Shown here one piece after another: positions 57,601-64,000 of a DNA stretch of 64,000 nt. The notes beneath the pieces were generated by a model that was not told where the DNA came from, did not search any database, and saw nothing but the letters and a program-made list of their open reading frames with translations. The position numbers were made by a program, and so were the translations under genes. The stretch's first letter is position 1; every line of letters starts with the position of its first letter. The DNA is from the human T2T-CHM13v2.0 reference genome, Homo sapiens. The stretch lies in NCBI RefSeq assembly GCF_009914755.1, contig NC_060948.1, one strand, 5' to 3'.

Positions 57601-60260
57601 GGCTTACAACCTGGATTTCAGCCAGCATAACCAAAGTTTCTTTTGCTCCCTGAAATCCCTGGCATCCAAAAGATCTGTGATGAGAGGTAGTACCATCCAG
57701 CAACAGTCCAGTGAAAGGTCCCTTCCACAATGAGAAAGGATGTGCAGATGAAATGGAATAGTGCCTAGAATGCCAGGCAAAAGTGAGATATGGCTTCCTG
57801 CTTCTCACCCTACAGAAATCTTGCATCCCCCGATAGAAGTGGTAGAACAAGAGTTTCCTTGATGGCAGCTGTAACAGGAAATCTTGGTTTTAAAAGTATC
57901 ACAGCTGCCAAGTAATTAAAATGTTAAAATGTGACATTGTTAATATGAAATACTCACAATGGATTCTCATAAGGGTCATAATCACTGTATGGGGAAATGT
58001 TTAGTGTGGAAGATATTGAGCCAAACCCAGAAAACCCTAGGCTGGTGAGGATCATGGAAGTCAGGAAAAAAAGAGGCAAGTGTGGATGCCACATCCTACC
58101 TAGGATAAATTCATCGTACTCCCATTTGGCTCTAGTATGAAAGCCCTCAAATTGACAGTTTGCAAGATGGCTTCAGTTTGCACTCCAAATGTTCCCTGCA
58201 CCTTGTAGTACTACCACCTCAACATCAGGCCATGGCGTGGACTGCTGTGCAATTAAGGGAATGCAGGGATGCAGTGTGAAGCACCTTCTGTCTTCTGTCT
58301 TCATCTTTTTTACATGTGAAGGTGCAGGTTCTCATCCACCCCTCACCACATTATATCTTCATCTCTCTGTGACCTTATTGCTGCTGACATTCTCTGTTCT
58401 AGAATGAAATCTCACGATGATAGAGGAATTCTCCTTCACGACGTGAAGCAGTTGCTTGGCTGGGAACTGAATTTGAGCTACATTTAAAAAGCCCTGCAGA
58501 CAGGACTGCTGCTGTCTCTCCCTGGGTTGGCTGAAGGACGATAAAACACTGGGAGATGTCTGTTCTTGGGAGTGGTGTGGTCTTCTTTCTAGGAAAGTGG
58601 TTTTTGTTGGGAGAAGGAGGTGGTTTGTTACCTGGCAGGTCTCATCCTGCCTTAGACTTCATTACAGAGTCATAATCCATAGAAAAAGAAAGAATACAAA
58701 GCCCCGCAGCCTGAGACAATCCACTAAAAAGTTGGAAGACTTGAAAAAGGGGGGGCTGCAGTTCTTTAGCAAAATTGTTTTAAGCAGACTCCCCTTACAC
58801 ACACACACACACACACACACAGCCACACATACATGCAAACATCCAACACTCACAACACTCTCAACAGAAAAACAAAGCTTGGCAGATTCTCAGGCTTTGT
58901 GATTCTTCAGGAAGCCCCCCCTGGGAGACAGCCACCCCAGGAACAGAGGTATGCTTTACCTACAAATCACAGTGGGGCAAGTTTCAAAATGACTCACCCC
59001 TGCAACATCTAGGCAGGCATTAGAAATACTGCATGTCTTTTAAATCATTAGGAATGCTGCAGTTTATTCCTGAGGCTGCCCTTGAAGTTTCTTGAGGCTG
59101 GCTTCTGTCTGCCCTCTCCTAGCCTCATAGGACTATCCCATGCAATTTACATAGAAGACAGGTGAGAGTCCACTACCTATGCCCCTACATAGAGGTTTCC
59201 TCCCTCAATCCACATTGACTTGTCACTAGGCAATGGCGGCATTTATTGTGACACTAGCCAGAACTCCCAAACAGGCCTTTTGCACTGAGACTAGAGCATG
59301 AACATTTGCCAGGTAGATTCAAGTGCCTGGCTGTCAGAGCTGTCAGCCTGCCTAAGCAGAGGAAAATGATATAGACAGAGATGATCTGCTATCATGAAAA
59401 AGTCTGTCTGTGATAATCAACTGTCAGACCCTAAAATTATTGACCTTAGAGCCCCTTCGGGATGACTCTGTGGCTGAGACCCACTGAAGGAGGAGGCTTT
59501 TCCAAACTGAGATGGTCACTGAAAACTGCTCTTCTGGCTCCATTCGTGAAAGAGGCTGTGTGCAAGAATCAGGTCCCACGGAGATTGGAATATAGTCTGG
59601 TGAGTTGTTGAGGGGATTTTATGTGATGGAATCATACCTGAGATCCCAGAGGCAGCTTTCAGTGAATGGGGCTGGGCCCTTGACTTCCTTGCCTCCTATC
59701 ATCCTTGTCCTGGCAGGAGATCTATGAGAAAGGCAGGAACCATGACAAAGGCAAGTCCAAAGTCAAGCAGTATTCTTACACATCAAACTGGCCTCTCACT
59801 GCTGCAGATGATGTTGAAAAATGTTCACAGAGGGTGTCTGTGGAAATTGCTAGTCTGACAAAGGTGTCCAGTAATGCTGTTGAGGGGCAAAGTGGACCCA
59901 GCCTGGAAAGAAAGAAAAATCAAGGCTTGCCAGAGAGAAGGAGCTGACCTGAGCTGGAATATAAGAAACTTTCAAAGATTCCTCTCAGAGGAACCAAAAG
60001 CCTCCCAAGAACTGCAAACAACCTCAGCTCTCACAAACAGACCACAGACCTTTCTGAAATCAGTGGCAGGAAATCTGTATATAGAGGCAGCCCTATCCAG
60101 CAACAATCAATGCTATACACCCTCCACAATGAGAAAGGATTTGCAGATGAAATAAAACAGAGTGTAAATTACCAGAAAAAAGCCAGACATGGCTGTCTGC
60201 TTCTCATCATACTGGAATTATGCAGCCTTTTGACAGAAGTGGGGAACAAGTGTTTCCCAA

Positions 60261-60556
60261 GGGCCGGACACGGTGGTTTATTCCAGTAATCCTAGAACTT
60301 TGGGAGGCTAAGGTGGGAGGATCATGAGGTCAGGAGATTGAGACCATCCTGGCTAAAATGGTGAAACCCCATCTCTACTAAAAGAACAAAAAATTAGCCA
60401 GGCATTGTGGCAGGTACCTGTAGTCCCAGCTACTCAGGAGGCTGAGGCAGGAGAATGGCATGAACCCGGGAGGCAGAGCTTGCAGTGACTGGAGATCATG
60501 ACGCTGCACTCCAGCCCAGGCAACGGAGTGCAACTCTGTCTAAGAAAAAAAAAAAG
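60261..60556 (+). mobile_element. AluY-like insertion in one repeat unit
   Basis: GGCCGGACACGGTGG...GGAGAATGGCATGAACCCGGGAGG and A tail. Confidence 0.93.
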
Positions 60557-63500
60557 GAATTTATCTGTTGGTGCCTGTAAAGGGAATTTATGGTTTTAAA
60601 AGTATCACAGCAGCTCTGTCATTAAAATGTGACAGTGTTTAGAAGGAAACACTGATGAAATACATTCCCATGAGGGTCATCCTCTGTGAACTGGGAAACA
60701 TTTAGTGTGAAAGACATTTAGCAAGACCCAGGAAATTCTAGGCCAATGAAGAATATGAAAGTGAGGAAAAGAAAAGGCAAGTGTGGAGGCCATATCCCAC
60801 ACAGCATCATTCCATTCCACTCCCCCTTGGCTCCATGTACTGAAGCCCTCCAATAGGGAACTTGCCAGCATTGCCAAAGTTCACACTAACACTGTTTCCT
60901 GAAACTTGGAGTACTCACACCAGAAAACTGGGCCATGGTGTGGAATCCTTTTGCAATTAAGGGAATGCTTAAATGCAGTTGGAAGCACCTTCTGTGTCAT
61001 CTGTTTTTACCATTTCTACAGGGGAAGGCATGGGACCCCATCTACCCTTCACCAGATTGTATCCTCACCCATATCTGACCTTATTGCTGCTCACACTCTG
61101 TGTCCCAGAATGAAATTCTAGGATGATGGAGGAGGGCCCCTTCACAACATGAAGCACCTGCTCATCTGGAAACCTAATTCGAGGTTAATTCAAGGGGCCC
61201 TGCAACATGACTGGTAGTGCCGTTTTTGGGTTGGCTGTAGGACAATAAACCATCCTCCAGCAATCATGCAGCTTTTCTGTAGAAGTGGGAGAACAAGAGT
61301 TTCCTTGTTTGTGGCTGTTGCAGGGATTTACAGTTTTAAAAGTATCGCTGCTGCCCAGTCATTAAAATACAACAGTGTTTAGGAGGAAATACTCACACAA
61401 GGGAATCCCATGAGGGTCATTTTCCATGAACTGGGAATGGTTGAGTTTGGAAGACATTGAGCCAGACCAAGGAAACTCTAGGCTGACGAGGAACATAGAA
61501 GTCAGGAAAAGAAGAGGCAAGTGTGGAAGCTACATCCCACCCAGTATCAATCCATCCCACTCGCATTTGGCTCCGTGTTTGAAAGCCCTCAAATTGAGAG
61601 TTTGCCAGGATGGCCCCAGTTTGCACTCCAAATATTCCCTGTGTGTTAGAGTACTCCCATCTGAAAATGGGGCCATGGTCTGGACTGCTTGTGATATTAA
61701 GGGAATAGAAGGCTGCAGTTGGAAATAACTTCTTTGTCATTTGTGTTCACCTTTTTTTCAGGTGAAGGCGTGGGACCCCATCAACCCCTCAACAGATTGT
61801 ATCCTCAACCCTATCTGACCTCATTGCTGCTCACACTCTCTGACCCAAAGTGAAACCCCAAGATGATGGATTAGTGCCTCCGTACAAGGTGAAGCACCCG
61901 CTCAGAACCGAATTCGAGGTAAATTCAAGGAGCCCTGTGGACAATACTAGTGTCTATCACTGGGTTGGCCGCAGGATTAAAAAACACTGGGAGATGTCTG
62001 TTGTTGAATGTGGTGTGCTCCTCTTCTTTCTAAAAGAGAGACTGTTTTTCCAGGGAAAGGTGATTTGGACCTCTGCCAGCCTCCCAAATCACAATGGATT
62101 CATTATCCACAGAAAAACAGAGAACATAGAGCCCTGCAACCAAAGCATAACGACACCGACAGGCCACCAAAATGTTGGGAGACTTGAAAAATGAAGCACC
62201 ACAGTGCGTTAGCCATATTTTTTTAAGCAGACTCCACTTACAGGTACACACACACACAAATACACAGACACAGGAAGCCACACACACACACGCACACACA
62301 CAGATATCCAGCATTCTCAGTGCTCCCACAGCAACACCCAGCCCAGCAGTTCCTGGGTTGTGTGGGTCTGCAGGGAGCCCCACCTGGGAGAGAGCAACTA
62401 TATGGAAAACAGGCTGTACCTAGGAATCACAGTAGGACAATTTTCCAAAAGACTCACCCCTACAATATCTAAGCAGACCTAAGGCATTCTGCAGATCTTT
62501 TTAGATCCTTATGGATTTCAGGGCTTATTCCTGGCTCTGCTTGATGTTATTTCAGCCTGGCTCACATCTGCCCTCTCCTGGGATCACGGGACTATCCCAT
62601 GAATCCTACAGAGATGATAGGTGAGAGTCCAATGCCAATGCCCCTCCATGAAATTCTCCTTTTCCGCCAAGCCATAGAGACTTGTTGCTAGTCAATGTCA
62701 GCATTGATTGTAATGCTAGCCATAGTTCACATCTCATGCCTGTTGCCCTGATACTAGCACATGTCCATTTGTGAGGCAGGTGGTTGTGCCCAGCTCTAGG
62801 AGATGTCAGCCTGCCTAAACAGGAAAATGGTACAGACACAGCCGACCAGGTGTCAGAAATAATGTTGCCTGCGATAATTCACTGTAGAACTCTAAAATTT
62901 TGAGCTTAGGGCACCTTTGGGCCATCTCCGGGTAATTTCCTCTGGAGGAGGAGGCGTTTTGATACTGTGAGGTGGTTGCTGGAAAGTGCTCTTCTGACTC
63001 CACTCCTAAAAGAGGCTGTGTGCAGGAATCAGGTCCCATGGGTATTGGAAAATAGTCTGGCGATTGTTGAGACGTCTTTGCGTGATGGAATCATACCTGA
63101 GACCCCACAAGTGCATATCAGTGACAGATTACCAGGGCCTTGGCCCTGAAGATGAAAGTGTGGAGGCCACATGCCACCAGCATCAATCCCTCCCAATCCC
63201 AAACTGGCCCTGTCTTTGAAAGAGCAACCCCGGGGAATACAGGCAGCCTGTACCTGCAAATCACAGTTTTAAAAAGACTCACCCTGACAAAGTCCGGGAG
63301 GCCTTAGGCATCCTCCAGGTCCTTTTGGATCTGTAGGAGTTTTGCGGCTTATTCCTGGGGCTGTGCTTGACTTTTCTTCAGGCTGGCTCACCTCCTCCCT
63401 CTCCTAGCCTCATGGGACTATCACGGGAATCCCACAGAGAAATGAGGCGAGAGTCCACCACTGACTAACCTCCACAGAGTTCTTCTCCGCAAAGCCGCAG

Positions 63501-64000
63501 AGACTTATGCCTAGGCAATGGTGGCCTTCGTTGTGATGCTAACCCGAGCCCATAGCTCAGTCCTTGTGCCTAAGAGTATGCAGACTTGGGCGACGGGCTG
63601 TCAGAACTGTCAGCCAGCCTAAGCGAAAAAAAAGAAAAAAAAAATACATGAAGAGACGGCATGGTATTGAAAAAAATGCTGCCTGCAATAACCCAGAGTG
63701 GGACCATAAAAGTCTCGACCATAGTGTCCCTTTGGGTCATCCCTCTGCTCAGGTCCTGCTGGAGAAGGAGGTGATTTGAGACTATAAGGTGGTCTTTGGA
63801 AATGCTACTCTGACTCCATTCCCAAAAGAGGCTGTGTGCAACAGTCGGGTCAGATGGAGATTAGACTATAGTCTGGTGAGTTGTTGAGGGCTCTTTGGGT
63901 GGTGGAATCATACATGAGAGACCAGAGGTGGGTGTCAGCAAAAGATGGCTGGGCTCTTGACCTCACTGCCTCCCTTCATGCTGGGCCTTGCAGGGGATCT

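Larger units (their letters stand above)
50600..64000 (+). repeat. Diverged tandem array of ~2.5 kb TTTY-type Y repeat units (about 7 full or partial copies)
   Basis: Anchor CTGTCAG(T/C)CTGCCT(A/C)AGCAG recurs near 50639, 52975 (partial), 54331, 56894, 59340, 62803 and 63608; shared blocks (AAAGATTCCTGTCAGA, TTTAAGCAGACTCC plus a CA tract) repeat in order; parts resemble recalled TTTY13 exons. Confidence 0.9.

Noticed and set aside
52300-62420. Many short H/T-rich or V/C-rich ORFs in the array
   Set aside because: Produced by CA/TG tracts within the repeat units

Overview
This is primate (very probably human) Y-chromosome ampliconic DNA, not prokaryotic. It holds one apparently intact spliced gene on the minus strand, PRY/PRY2-like: coding exons 42350-42282, 39706-39591 and 30100-29842 give 147 aa, with two likely 5' UTR exons near 53.2-53.5 kb. 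To its left is a cluster of gene fossils: an HSFY pseudogene, four USP9Y-like exons, the C-terminal half of CDY and a processed ELOC/TCEB1 pseudogene. The window also has a ~1.15 kb degenerate (CCCTAA)n tract, two large L1PA elements, many Alus/LTRs and, from ~50.6 kb to the end, a diverged ~2.5 kb tandem array of TTTY-type units. Gene and repeat-family names come from my recall of the sequences, not from a database search; repeat boundaries are approximate. I found no clearly novel protein system. The best leads are (i) one CpG-retaining repeat unit with NRF1/RFX-like motifs just upstream of the PRY 5' exons, (ii) a near-perfect ~150 bp-arm mini-palindrome at 14.2-14.7 kb, and (iii) signs that PRY was assembled from repeat-derived and frame-shifted pieces.
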